A DNA stretch of 40,000 bases from Verrucomicrobiota bacterium. Lineage in GTDB: Bacteria; Verrucomicrobiota; Verrucomicrobiia; Verrucomicrobiales; Akkermansiaceae. The notes below the pieces were generated by a model that saw nothing but the letters and a program-made list of their open reading frames with translations, ran no database searches and was not told where the DNA came from. The stretch spans positions 1 through 40,000 of the forward strand of contig JAZKIZ010000001.1 of the NCBI GenBank assembly GCA_040384605.1. Direction: 5' to 3'. Of the stretch, positions 8,815-18,112 are shown piece after piece. Position numbers and translations under genes: made by a program. Within the stretch, counting starts at the first letter, position 1. The number at the start of each line of letters is the position of its first letter.

Positions 8815-10725
8815 ATGCCGTTACATTTACGTTTCGCTTCTGCCGCCCTTGCGATGTCCTTGGTTTCACCGCTGGCATTTGCCGCGGCACTGGGAGTCGA
8901 TAATCCCGCCCGGCCTGACGGGAAAAAACACACCTTCGTCTTCGGCGGTGAGAAAAACGAATCCTTCATGCTGGATGGCAAGCCGTTGCAAATCCGCGCG
9001 GGCGAGATCCATTACCAGCGAATTCCCAGGGAAACGTGGCGGCGCAGCATCCAGCTCGCCAAGGCGATGGGTTTGAATACCGTCGCCTCGTACACGTTTT
9101 GGAACGATTTGGAGAAACCCGATGGGACCTTCGATTTCAAGACCGGCAGCCGCGACCTCGCCGCCTTTTTGAAGCTCTGCCAAGAGGAAGGGATGTGGTA
9201 TTTGTTCCGCCCCGGCCCATATGTTTGCGGCGAATGGGATTTCGGCGGCATTCCTACGCGGTTGCTGAAACATGAGGACCTCAAGATCCGCACCACGCAG
9301 GACAAGCGCTTCATGGAAGCTCAGGAAAAATATTTGGATGCCGTGGCCAAGGTGGCGGAGCCATTCCTCGTGAAAAACGGCGGGCCGATCCTGCTGACCC
9401 AGATTGAAAACGAATACGGCAGCTATCAGCGCAAAGACCATGCGTATCTTCATTGGCTCAAGGATTATTGGACGAAAAAAGGTTTCGGCCCGTTCAACAT
9501 GGCGGATGGCGCGAGCGATAACTATCTGAAGGGCAATACGATTCCCGGGGTGGCCGTGGGTCTCGACGAAGGCACCAGCGACGCACACTGGGAAGCCGGG
9601 CGCCGCAACAATCCCGGCGTGCCGGTATTTTCCTCCGAAACTTATCCCGGCTGGCTGCGCCATTGGGGTGAAGGAGATTGGAAAAATACCGATAAACAAA
9701 ACGAGATGCACTTTTACATGAACGGTGGGAAATCGTTCAGCCTGTATGTTTTCCACGGCGGGACCAACTTCGGCTTCACCGCGGGAGCGAACGGTAGTGA
9801 TGGCGGCTATCAGCCGGATCTCACCAGCTACGATTATGCCGCGCCGGTCAACGAACAAGGGAACAAGTCCCACGCCTATCGTGAGTATCGCCAGATCATT
9901 TCCTCTTACCTGCCAGCGGATCAACAACCACCCGCCATCCCCGAGGATTTGACTCTCATGGAAATCCCGGGGTTCACACCCAAGCGGATTGGATCGCTCT
10001 CCGATCGACTGCCCACGCCCATGAAGCAGGCGGACCCGAAATTCTTCGAGTCATGGGGACAAAACCAAGGACTGGCGATTTACACCACCGAACTTCCCGC
10101 GGGACCCGCCGGGAAACTGGTGTTCGATAAAATCGCGGACTACAGCCAGATCTATCTGGATGGGAAACAAATCGCCAAGACCGATCGCCGTCGCGGAAAA
10201 CCCAAGCCCATCGATATTCCCGAGCGTGCACAACCCGCGAAACTCAGTCTTCTCGTCGAAGGCATGGGTCATATCAATTTCAGCATCACCATGGAAGGCG
10301 ACCGCAAGGGAATCGTTGGCACGGTGACGTTCAATGGCGCGCCGGTGAAGAACTGGTTGGTTTATCCGCTGCCGCTGTTTGCCAAGGAAGTGTGCGGCTT
10401 CAAACCGGTGACCGGAGAATCCGCGGGCGCGGGTTCACGTTTCCGCGGGACCTTCAAGATCGATGGCAAGCCGACTGGTGCCACGTTCATCGACATGTCG
10501 AAGTATGTGAAAGGTTTTGTCTGGATCAATGGCCACAACATCGGCCGTCACTGGAACGCCGGACCGCAGGAGCGCCTTTTCTGCCCGCAATCCTTCCTCA
10601 AAGCCGGGGAAAACGTCATCGATATCATTGATCTCGAAGCCGCTGATGCGCGTCCCGTGCGCGGCACCAATGTCCAGGGTCGTTCGGCCAACAAGGATAC
10701 CAAGAACCTGAACAACATCTGGTAA
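8815..10725 (+). CDS. Secreted glycoside hydrolase family 35 beta-galactosidase.
   Basis: Signal peptide MPLHLRFASAALAMSLVSPLAFAAA. GH35 core: GEIHYQRIPRETW, NTVASYTFWN, RPGPYVCGEWDFGG, QIENEYGSY. Confidence 0.9.
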   Translation: MPLHLRFASAALAMSLVSPLAFAAALGVDNPARPDGKKHTFVFGGEKNESFMLDGKPLQIRAGEIHYQRIPRETWRRSIQLAKAMGLNTVASYTFWNDLEKPDGTFDFKTGSRDLAAFLKLCQEEGMWYLFRPGPYVCGEWDFGGIPTRLLKHEDLKIRTTQDKRFMEAQEKYLDAVAKVAEPFLVKNGGPILLTQIENEYGSYQRKDHAYLHWLKDYWTKKGFGPFNMADGASDNYLKGNTIPGVAVGLDEGTSDAHWEAGRRNNPGVPVFSSETYPGWLRHWGEGDWKNTDKQNEMHFYMNGGKSFSLYVFHGGTNFGFTAGANGSDGGYQPDLTSYDYAAPVNEQGNKSHAYREYRQIISSYLPADQQPPAIPEDLTLMEIPGFTPKRIGSLSDRLPTPMKQADPKFFESWGQNQGLAIYTTELPAGPAGKLVFDKIADYSQIYLDGKQIAKTDRRRGKPKPIDIPERAQPAKLSLLVEGMGHINFSITMEGDRKGIVGTVTFNGAPVKNWLVYPLPLFAKEVCGFKPVTGESAGAGSRFRGTFKIDGKPTGATFIDMSKYVKGFVWINGHNIGRHWNAGPQERLFCPQSFLKAGENVIDIIDLEAADARPVRGTNVQGRSANKDTKNLNNIW

Positions 10726-10845
10726 CAAAAAAGCCGGGTCGTTATGCGGCTCGGCGATTCATACCATTTCAGATCAAAATCAGGCGTTGAAAAACCACGG
10801 ATTTACTGATTTTCAGAACAATCAAGCCGCGAAGGAAGAGGAGGA

Positions 10846-10974
10846 AACCGCGAATCGAACGAATCGGGCGAATCATTGATTGGCAGCGACGGGAGCTGAT
10901 TTTGCGATCGCTGTCAGGTTCCCAAGTTGCTATCCTGGGTCTTTCAATTCGCAAGATTCGCCCGATTCGCGGTT
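10846..10974. repeat. Long inverted repeat (20-bp arms, one arm with a 9-nt duplication) enclosing an 80-nt loop.
   Basis: aaccgcgaatcg[aacgaatcg]ggcgaatc at 10846-10874 is the reverse complement of gattcgcccgattcgcggtt at 10955-10974. The loop contains further small palindromes, including gcgatcgc. Confidence 0.7.
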
Positions 10975-11078
10975 GTTACAAATTCTTTCGCCCTTGGCGT
11001 TTCAACCTCTTCACCGGCGGCTTCCTCTCAAGAAAGTCCGAATCACATTTGGATTTGGTCTCAGTTTGAAATCCAGCA

Positions 11079-11108
11079 GCGCTGGCCGAAAGGTCGCGCT
11101 TCTTTTTT
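11079..11108 (+). terminator. Intrinsic-terminator-like hairpin oriented for a plus-strand transcript.
   Basis: gcgc(t)ggcc-gaaa-ggtcgcgc followed by ttctttttt. The T-run is only on the plus strand and overlaps the end of ptsH, which is on the minus strand. Confidence 0.45.
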
Positions 11109-11373
11109 ATTCTTCGTCGAACTTTCGTTCGATCAAATGTCCGATGGCTTCCAGTGCGGCGGCCTCGTCGGTGCCATCGGCGCTCACGCTGATCACCGAG
11201 CCATGGCCCGCGGCAAGCATCATCAGACCCATGATGCTTTTGCCATCCACTTCCTCGCCGTCTTTTTCCACCATGATGTCACATTGGAAACGATTGGCGG
11301 TTTTCACAAACTGAGCGGCCGGCCGGGCGTGAATGCCGAGCTTGTTGATAATCGTGAAATCTTTCTTCGCCAT
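11107..11373 (-). CDS. ptsH: Phosphocarrier protein HPr.
   Basis: 88 aa. His15 lies in GIHARPA and Ser46 in GKSIMGLM. Only the last 88 codons of ORF 11107..11670 are used. Confidence 0.9.
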   Translation of the reverse strand: MAKKDFTIINKLGIHARPAAQFVKTANRFQCDIMVEKDGEEVDGKSIMGLMMLAAGHGSVISVSADGTDEAAALEAIGHLIERKFDEE

Positions 11374-11443
11374 GGGGGTCGCTTGTTGCGGGCAGCCTAG
11401 AAACTCCGGCGGGTGGGTCAAAGGCAAATTTCCCGCTGCTCCA

Positions 11444-12772
11444 TCAATCGAAGTAGCGTTTGAACGCGCGTTGTTCCTGTGGATCGAGCGATTGTTTCCA
11501 AATCTGCTCGCCGCCGCGGCCTTGCGAAGCGGTGGCGCCACCCTGGGTGATCTTGCTGGCGGTCCGATCAATATCGTGCTCGCCGGTTTTGAGTTCAAGT
11601 AAATCGCCCGGACTGGTGCGACTGAGATCTTTGGATTCGAGACCCGTGATGTCACCGATCGCCGAAGCATCGTTGCCCTTGCCCAATAGATTGGGGTCGT
11701 GACCGGGGCCGCGATTCACGTCGCCTTTACCGGGTTCTTCGCCGCCCTGGCCTTCGCCTTCGCCCTGGCCTTCAGAGCCGTCGCCAGCGAGCAATTCATC
11801 GGCCCAATCGTCACCGGTTCCCTGACCTGCGTTGCCAATTTTGTTCGCGGTGTTGCGAAGGTTCTGGCGCAGTTGTTGAAGTTGGTCGGCGGAAAGCTGG
11901 CCGAGGTTTTTCAAGTCCACGCCTTCGAGTTGTTGCAGCAATGCAGCATTTGGCTTCATTGTGCCATTGCGCAGTCCTTCCAGCGCCTTGTCAAAATCCT
12001 CCATGATTCGTTCACGCGCCGCTGGATCCCCTCCCGCCTGTTTGCCGAAATTTTCGAGCGAATTGGCGGCTTGATTCAGATCCTTTGAAACTTGCGATTT
12101 TTTCGCTTCGTGTGACTCGCGGAGCGAATCGGTCGCTTCCAGTGACGAATGGCTGAACCATTGTTCTTCTTCCTGCGCTTTCAGGTCATCAAGGCGTTTC
12201 TTGGTTTCTTCGATGTATGGCTGATCGACCAGTTCCTCCTTGGCGAGGTCGTCGAGTTCCGCGGCAAGCTGTTGCCATGCTTGCGGCTGCGGTGGTGCGG
12301 TGGCAGTCGCGGGCTTTGCACGGATGGGAATCACAAAGCCGGCGGCGAGAAGCACCAGCGAGCCGATGATGGGAACGAGCAGCCGCGGCCAGTTCCAGGC
12401 AAGATCCTTCTTGCGGGACGCCGCCACCGGTTGCGGCCAGGGCGCGATGCCCGAGTGTGCTACGGCCAGCGCGTTGTGCAGCCGCAACGAGACATCCATG
12501 CGCGTCAGCGAGCAATCGAGCGTGTCGAACCGTCGCGCCGCAAAAAAATAACATCCCAATGCGAGGAGCGAAACCGATCCGGTGATCGCAACGATCACCG
12601 GCACTGGAGTTCCGCCACCATGTGCTTGGCGAATCCATGGAAGGGCGGCGGCGGTGAGAAGCGATCCAATGACCAGCGGCCCGGCAAAAATCTGCATCCA
12701 CCAGCCAAGGTTGACCTTGCGCCGCAGCGCCGTGGCGCGGGCGATCCAGTAATCGCGATGTGGATCCTGCAT
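11444..12772 (-). CDS. Hypothetical membrane protein with a long coiled-coil/low-complexity extracytoplasmic region.
   Basis: Several N-terminal TM helices (FAGPLVIGSLLTAAAL, VIVAITGSVSLLALGCYFF, LLVPIIGSLVLLAAGFVI). These are followed by Gln/Glu/Leu-rich heptad-like sequence and a GEGEGQGGEE tract. I recognise no catalytic motif. Confidence 0.6.
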   Translation of the reverse strand: MQDPHRDYWIARATALRRKVNLGWWMQIFAGPLVIGSLLTAAALPWIRQAHGGGTPVPVIVAITGSVSLLALGCYFFAARRFDTLDCSLTRMDVSLRLHNALAVAHSGIAPWPQPVAASRKKDLAWNWPRLLVPIIGSLVLLAAGFVIPIRAKPATATAPPQPQAWQQLAAELDDLAKEELVDQPYIEETKKRLDDLKAQEEEQWFSHSSLEATDSLRESHEAKKSQVSKDLNQAANSLENFGKQAGGDPAARERIMEDFDKALEGLRNGTMKPNAALLQQLEGVDLKNLGQLSADQLQQLRQNLRNTANKIGNAGQGTGDDWADELLAGDGSEGQGEGEGQGGEEPGKGDVNRGPGHDPNLLGKGNDASAIGDITGLESKDLSRTSPGDLLELKTGEHDIDRTASKITQGGATASQGRGGEQIWKQSLDPQEQRAFKRYFD

Positions 12773-12866
12773 GAGTCGTGGGGGTTTTCAGAAACGACGC
12801 GAAGGTAGCCGATGCCACCGATGTTACGATGGAAAAAGCCAGCGGAAGCAGTCCGCCGCGCGGATG

Positions 12867-13526
12867 TCAGAGAAGATCAGCGGCGTCTTCGAGCGTGGCA
12901 ACCACGACATCCGCGCCATAGGCGGAAAGTTCGGCCATGGAAAACCGGCCGGTCGCCACTGCGAGGCAGCGTGCGCCAAGCGCCCGGGCGCAGGCAATGT
13001 CTTTTGGAGTGTCACCGATGATCCAGGTTTCCTCCGGATGAAACGCGCGGCGATGATGCTGCCGCGCACGGGTGAGTGCGATCGGTCCCAGCAAGTTGCG
13101 TTCGTGATGATCGCAGCCATAGGCACCGAAATGGAATCTTCCGCCGAAGCCAAAATGGATCGTCTTCGTTTCCGCGCCGTGCCGGGTGTTTCCGGTCAGC
13201 AGGCCGATGGCGACATTTGCTCTGTTGGCAAGCGCATCCAGTAATGCCTCGGCACCCGCCAAGGCCCTGCCGGGAAAGCCGCCATTGGCGAGATTCCATT
13301 TCAAGCGGATATGATAATGATCGAAATAACCGGCAATGCGTTCTTCGGTGGCTGGTTCTCCGAAGTGGGCGAGCAAACCATAAACGATGCCGAGGTCCGT
13401 GCTGCCCGCCAGGTCGAGCGGGGGACCATCGGCACCAAAAACATGGCGGGTGGTTTCCTCCAGCGCCCTGAGTCCGGCACCCCCGGTATCTACGAGGGTG
13501 CCGTCGATATCAAACAGGCAGAGCAT
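12867..13526 (-). CDS. HAD-superfamily hydrolase (phosphoglycolate phosphatase-like).
   Basis: Motif I LFDIDGTLVD, a later GLLTGN, and motif IV IIGDTPKDI. Confidence 0.8.
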   Translation of the reverse strand: MLCLFDIDGTLVDTGGAGLRALEETTRHVFGADGPPLDLAGSTDLGIVYGLLAHFGEPATEERIAGYFDHYHIRLKWNLANGGFPGRALAGAEALLDALANRANVAIGLLTGNTRHGAETKTIHFGFGGRFHFGAYGCDHHERNLLGPIALTRARQHHRRAFHPEETWIIGDTPKDIACARALGARCLAVATGRFSMAELSAYGADVVVATLEDAADLL

Positions 13527-13533
13527 GGCACGA

Positions 13534-14220
13534 TCAGGCCTGCGACTTCACGGGTTCACCGATTTCTGGCGCTTCGGCGGCCTCCACTGTTCCAGTGGTT
13601 TCCGCGACCACTTCCTCGTCCGGGATATCCTCATCGAAATCTTCCTCGGTATGTTCCTCATCGTCCTCCTCCATCAGTTCGCCGTGGAAGAGGTGGAACT
13701 TCCGCTTGCGCTGGGCTTGTGGCAGCGGCGAGAGAATCATCGCAACCGCACGGCCCGTGAGCTTCGGCACCTGATCGACCTGGGCCATCGTCTTGAGATC
13801 TTCGATGATCCGGTTGAGGACGACAAAGCCGAGATCCTTGTGGGCGTTTTCCCGTCCGCGGAATTGCAGGACGAAACGAACCTTGTGATTCCCATCGAGG
13901 AAACCTTCCGCCCGGCCGAGCTTGATGTTGTAGTCGTGCGTGCCGGTGCCGACGCGGAATTTCACTTCCTTCATCCGCGTCGATGCCTTCGACTTCTGCT
14001 TCTTGAGCTTCGACTGCTCGTATTTGTATTTTCCGTAGTCGATGATCTTGCAAACGGGCGGGTCCGCCTGGCCGGCGATCTCGACGAGGTCGAGCCCCAG
14101 CGATTGCGCCTTGGCCAGCGCTTCGCGGGATCCCATGACGCCGAGTTGTTGGCCGTCTGACGTGACGACACGCACGCGCGGTGCGCGGATACGGTCGTTG
14201 ATGCGCGTCATGTCGCGCAT
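13534..14220 (-). CDS. infC: Translation initiation factor IF-3 with an acidic C-terminal extension.
   Basis: INDRIRAPRVRVVTSDGQQLGVM, CKIIDYGKYKYEQ and KEVKFRVGTGTHDY. After ...AMILSP there are about 60 extra Glu/Asp-rich residues. The frame stays open upstream of the ATG, and an in-frame ATA at 14254-14256 would add AKPNRDQNRGR, so a rare start codon is possible. Confidence 0.88.
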   Translation of the reverse strand: MRDMTRINDRIRAPRVRVVTSDGQQLGVMGSREALAKAQSLGLDLVEIAGQADPPVCKIIDYGKYKYEQSKLKKQKSKASTRMKEVKFRVGTGTHDYNIKLGRAEGFLDGNHKVRFVLQFRGRENAHKDLGFVVLNRIIEDLKTMAQVDQVPKLTGRAVAMILSPLPQAQRKRKFHLFHGELMEEDDEEHTEEDFDEDIPDEEVVAETTGTVEAAEAPEIGEPVKSQA

Positions 14221-14619
14221 ACGACCCCTGTTTTGGTCTCTATTTGGCTTTGCTATGGCTTTGTCCTCCGATGGGTGGATGCGACACGCCGCGCTTGCTC
14301 CCGGACAAAGCCGTGCCTGCGCGGTGTGAAGAAGGTTTGGGAACGATGTGCCAAGCGCCGACTCATGGGCGGAAGCTGCCGCCGCGTTTTTGAAAAACAG
14401 GCGGCGGGGGTTGGGTCACGGTGCGTTCCGGGGAAATCATAAGTGTTACGAACGGCGGACGAATGAGAGCAAAAAGCGGGTTCGTCGCGATTGCCGCTGA
14501 ACTTGGCGGGAAGGTATGGGGATTTTACGCTTTCGGGCAAGCAAAGTTTTTCCGGTTCTTGACCATGCAAAGCGCCTGATCTATCGCATCGTTGTTTAAC
14601 CGCACAATTTCTCCACTGC

Positions 14620-15270
14620 ATGCGCACGTTTTCCCAATTTGTGATTCCGGCGTCCGGCATCGTGCTGGCGCTTGCCTCCGTTTCGTGCAAAGTCACGGCC
14701 CCGCTTGCCAACCTGTTGCCAGCGAGACAGGTTTTGCATGAATGGCACGATGATGGCGGCCCGGGAAAAGTCACGGTGCGAATCAGCCTGAAAGATCAGA
14801 TCGCTGAGTTCAAGCGGGGTGGGCGCGATATTGGCTGGTGCTACGTCGCCACCGGCAAGGAAGGGCACGGCACCGCGGCGGGAAGCTACCGGATTACCGA
14901 AAAAATCGTGGACAAGCATTCGAACCGCTACGGTTGGATCGAGGATGAGTTTGGCAACGTGGTCAACGGCGATGCGAAACCAAGCACCCGCCGCAAAAAA
15001 GGCGAAGTTTACGTTCCCGCACCAATGCCATACTGGATGCGTCTTACCAGTTATGGCATCGGCATGCATGGCGGCATCATCCCCGAACCTGGCAAGACCG
15101 CTTCCCACGGGTGCATCCGCCTGCCGAAAGAATTCGTGCCAAAGGTTTTTGATTCCGTGCAGGTCGGCACGCCGGTGACCATCACCTATGCGCGCAGCAA
15201 CATCATGAAACAGCGCGAGGAGCCCGCGGTCGAACGCCTCGATTTGCCGTCCGCCCCGTTTGCCAACTGA
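14620..15270 (+). CDS. L,D-transpeptidase (YkuD domain) lipoprotein.
   Basis: Lipobox LALASVSC. Catalytic region GIGMHGG...TASHGCIRL. Confidence 0.85.
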   Translation: MRTFSQFVIPASGIVLALASVSCKVTAPLANLLPARQVLHEWHDDGGPGKVTVRISLKDQIAEFKRGGRDIGWCYVATGKEGHGTAAGSYRITEKIVDKHSNRYGWIEDEFGNVVNGDAKPSTRRKKGEVYVPAPMPYWMRLTSYGIGMHGGIIPEPGKTASHGCIRLPKEFVPKVFDSVQVGTPVTITYARSNIMKQREEPAVERLDLPSAPFAN

Positions 15271-15274
15271 CCGG

Positions 15275-15844
15275 CTACTGCGGGTAATACGGGCGCAGCA
15301 TGAGATAACAAAGCGGCCCCGTGACGGCCACGTAAAGCCACAGGGGAAACACCCGCTTGGCGAGACGACGGTGCTTTTCGAACTGGTTGGTCCAGCCGCT
15401 GATAAACGTGAACAAGATCAGCGGCAGGCTGATCCCCGCCAGCACGATGTGGCTGATCAGCAGGAAAAAATAGGCGGTGCGGCTCCAACCCGTGCCGCCG
15501 AATTTCGTTTCCACGGTCGTGAAATGATACGCCACGTAGCAAAGCAAAAACAGAACCGACAAACCCATCGCCGAGCAAATTAAATTCCGGTGCAGCGCGA
15601 TGCATCCTTTTTTCACCGCCCACACGGCTGCCAACAGAAAGACCGCCACCAGCGAGTTCAGCACGGCATGCACCGGCGGCAGGAACGCGAACGACCAAGC
15701 GTCCGGCAGGGGAATCTTCGGTCCACTCATCAGCCCCACCAATCCAAACACGACAGCGGTGAGAATCCACGCCGCGATCCCGAGTTTGCGGGCAAGCGGC
15801 AGGTTTGCGGGGCGGGACAGCCAGGCGGCGCGGTCGGGTTTCAT
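15275..15844 (-). CDS. DUF420-family integral membrane protein (CtaM-like).
   Basis: 189 aa with about 4-5 TM helices; the pattern HRRLAKRVFPLWLYVAVTG is typical of DUF420. Its start ATG overlaps the upstream stop (ATGA at 15841-15844). Confidence 0.65.
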   Translation of the reverse strand: MKPDRAAWLSRPANLPLARKLGIAAWILTAVVFGLVGLMSGPKIPLPDAWSFAFLPPVHAVLNSLVAVFLLAAVWAVKKGCIALHRNLICSAMGLSVLFLLCYVAYHFTTVETKFGGTGWSRTAYFFLLISHIVLAGISLPLILFTFISGWTNQFEKHRRLAKRVFPLWLYVAVTGPLCYLMLRPYYPQ

Positions 15845-16563
15845 GGTTTGGTGCCGGGGCGGTTGAGTTCCGTGCGGATGCGGTTGAACATGTCCGCCTT
15901 GATGCGTTCGTAGAGTTTCGGATCGCGCTGGCGCGCCTCTTCCGAGCGCGCGTCTGCCAACGGCCATTTGCCGATGACATTGAAATCCCGGTCCACCAGC
16001 AGGAAACCGAGATCATGGAGGTAACGTCCGTTCGCCTCCATGTCCTGCGCGTTCGTCCGCTCGCGAATACCGAAAAACTTCAACGTCTGTTCCAAGTATT
16101 CATGCGTCCCCGACGCGCTGCCGGCGTTCAGGAACCACCAGTTTTTCGCGTCCGCGCCCAGCGCCTGCGCATAGTCCTTCAGCTTTGCCACCTGGTCGTT
16201 TTCCGGGTCCACCGAAATGCACGTGATATGGAAATCCGGATGCTTGCCGAACTCATCATAAATTTTCCGCAGTTCCTCGCCATTCCGCACCGCGCAATGC
16301 GGGCAAACCGCAAAGAACTCGGCGACGATCCACACTTTGCCTTTTAGATCGCTGAGCTTCACCGCCGCGCCGCTCTGATTGATCGCCGCAAGGTCTTTTG
16401 CGATCGGGAAAAAACTCCGCACCTCCTCCCGTCCGCTGTCAATGAATGTCGAGAGTTCCGGCCGCTTCAATTTCGAGCGGACAAAAAATGCGGTAGTGAG
16501 GATGGCCGCGGAGATGAGTGCGACGCAGCTGTAGAAAATCGTGAGGGATGCTTTGCGTGTCAT
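15841..16563 (-). CDS. SCO1/SenC- or TlpA-like thioredoxin-fold protein (CxxC).
   Basis: N-terminal TM anchor. GKVWIVAEFFAVCPHCAVRN (CPHC) and a conserved His context YLHDLGFLLVDRDFNVIG. Confidence 0.7.
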   Translation of the reverse strand: MTRKASLTIFYSCVALISAAILTTAFFVRSKLKRPELSTFIDSGREEVRSFFPIAKDLAAINQSGAAVKLSDLKGKVWIVAEFFAVCPHCAVRNGEELRKIYDEFGKHPDFHITCISVDPENDQVAKLKDYAQALGADAKNWWFLNAGSASGTHEYLEQTLKFFGIRERTNAQDMEANGRYLHDLGFLLVDRDFNVIGKWPLADARSEEARQRDPKLYERIKADMFNRIRTELNRPGTKP

Positions 16564-17336
16564 TGGCGGAGTGGTGTGGCGAGCAGCGTCGCGATCGTTT
16601 CATCCAGCAGCTTCCGGAGCTGGGCTGCATTGGTTAAGTCGGTGTTGGTCCCGATTCCGAGTGCGTCCCACGAAGCTGCCTCGTTAAAATCGAACGTCGC
16701 AACGTAAACTTGCCCGCTGGCCGCGCTTTCCGGGCGCTGGATGATCTTCGGACGGCTGAGGTTTCCATCGCGGTCGATCAAAACAATCGCCGTATCGAAC
16801 TTCCATTTCCCATCCACCCGTTCCGGCGGCACGCTCGGTTTGAGCTCCGAGCGGATGAATTTGTGCAATGTCTTTTCCTCGTTGGTCCCCAGCCACCATT
16901 GCGGCAAACTCATGCTGCGGGCGGCGGCCGTTTCGCCTAGTGTCCGTGACAATCCCGAAGGTTCGGATGGTGGATCAAGCACCAGCGTAACGAGCCGAAA
17001 ATCCTCGTGATCCTGATGCTTTTCCGCCAGACGTTGCATCTCAGCCTCGACCAGCTTCGAATCATCCGGCTGGGAAAGGCTCACGACGTTCAGCGCCACC
17101 ACCTTGCCGCGCAGTGAAAACAAATCTTCCTGGCTGCCATCCTGGCGCAGCATTCGCAGCGAGCGTTCCTCCACGATCCGATGCACCTTCGCCGGCACCT
17201 GCGTTGGTCCCGAAAGTTGTTTGCGCGCCCAGTGATTGTAGGCCTTCAGCACCAGGAAACCACCGGCGATCATGATCGCGATCAAAATCCACGCGGTCTT
17301 GCGCAATTGTTTCGGGTCGGGAGTGACAGGTTCCAT
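16560..17336 (-). CDS. SCO-like thioredoxin-fold paralogue that lacks the active-site Cys and His residues.
   Basis: TM anchor AWILIAIMIAGGFLVL. GKVVALNVVSLSQPDDS occupies the position of the SCO CxxxC, and FDTAIVLIDRDGNL lacks the His. Start at MEPVTP (cat at 17334-17336). ATGA overlap with the next gene. Confidence 0.55.
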   Translation of the reverse strand: MEPVTPDPKQLRKTAWILIAIMIAGGFLVLKAYNHWARKQLSGPTQVPAKVHRIVEERSLRMLRQDGSQEDLFSLRGKVVALNVVSLSQPDDSKLVEAEMQRLAEKHQDHEDFRLVTLVLDPPSEPSGLSRTLGETAAARSMSLPQWWLGTNEEKTLHKFIRSELKPSVPPERVDGKWKFDTAIVLIDRDGNLSRPKIIQRPESAASGQVYVATFDFNEAASWDALGIGTNTDLTNAAQLRKLLDETIATLLATPLRQ

Positions 17337-17341
17337 GGTGG

Positions 17342-18112
17342 TCAGACAATCATGTCGCGGGTGACATCGTAGCCGGCACCACAGCGCGGGCACTGGATGC
17401 GGATTGAGTTCGCTTCTTCGAAAAGTTCGTCGGGCCGTTCCCGCCAGGTTCCGAGCACCGGCAAGATGCGCTCCAGCGTGCAGCCGCAGTGAAACCGAAA
17501 CCGCCGCGTTTCCAGCAAATTCGTCTCTTCCGCCGTATCGATCGCCGTCACACCCGCTGCATCCAGCGCTTCCAACCACGGCAAGTCGCAGTCCGGTTGC
17601 GCCACGACCAGCGCGAAGTTCTCATCCTCCAGGCGAAAACCCCGCGCCGGACGTTGCTCCGATTGATCGTAGTATTGTTCCACCCAGGCGACGGGGTTCT
17701 TGCCCTCTACCTCCACCGTCGAAACCCGCGGCTTCGGGTGCTTTACCGAAAACATCTGCGAGTAGAAAAAATTCCGGTCCGGTTCACGGACGTCCTCGGT
17801 GAAAATCCGTCCCGTCACCGCCTCCTCTGTTGAGGAACCCGTGACAAACAAATTTACGCGCGGGGCGCGCAGGTTTACCGTCCACGCGCTGGTTTCCGCC
17901 CACGGCCGCGCCGTCAGATGCAGTGCCAACATCGCCAGAGAATCCTTCAGCATCGAATCCAACTCCGGTGCGTGGCGAATGCCATGCTGCATCAAGTGCA
18001 GATAGTAATCGCAATACACCGCCGTGAACTGACCGCGTAAAAGAAGCGCATTGCGGCCACGTACAAAGATCGATTCGACCTTCGAAAACTCCTCCACTGG
18101 TGTCTCTTCCAT
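17342..18112 (-). CDS. hslO: Hsp33-family redox-regulated chaperone.
   Basis: C-terminal zinc centre FHCGCTLERI...QCPRCGAGY (CxC...CxxC). Alternative start at 18139. Confidence 0.8.
   Translation of the reverse strand: MEETPVEEFSKVESIFVRGRNALLLRGQFTAVYCDYYLHLMQHGIRHAPELDSMLKDSLAMLALHLTARPWAETSAWTVNLRAPRVNLFVTGSSTEEAVTGRIFTEDVREPDRNFFYSQMFSVKHPKPRVSTVEVEGKNPVAWVEQYYDQSEQRPARGFRLEDENFALVVAQPDCDLPWLEALDAAGVTAIDTAEETNLLETRRFRFHCGCTLERILPVLGTWRERPDELFEEANSIRIQCPRCGAGYDVTRDMIV

Noticed and set aside
14253-14774. 173-aa minus-strand ORF across the infC/ldt divergent region.
   Set aside because: Its composition is unlike the local genes (Cys/Arg/Ser-rich). It overlaps the start of the L,D-transpeptidase gene on the opposite strand and has no motifs. 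The region is better explained as promoters and leaders.
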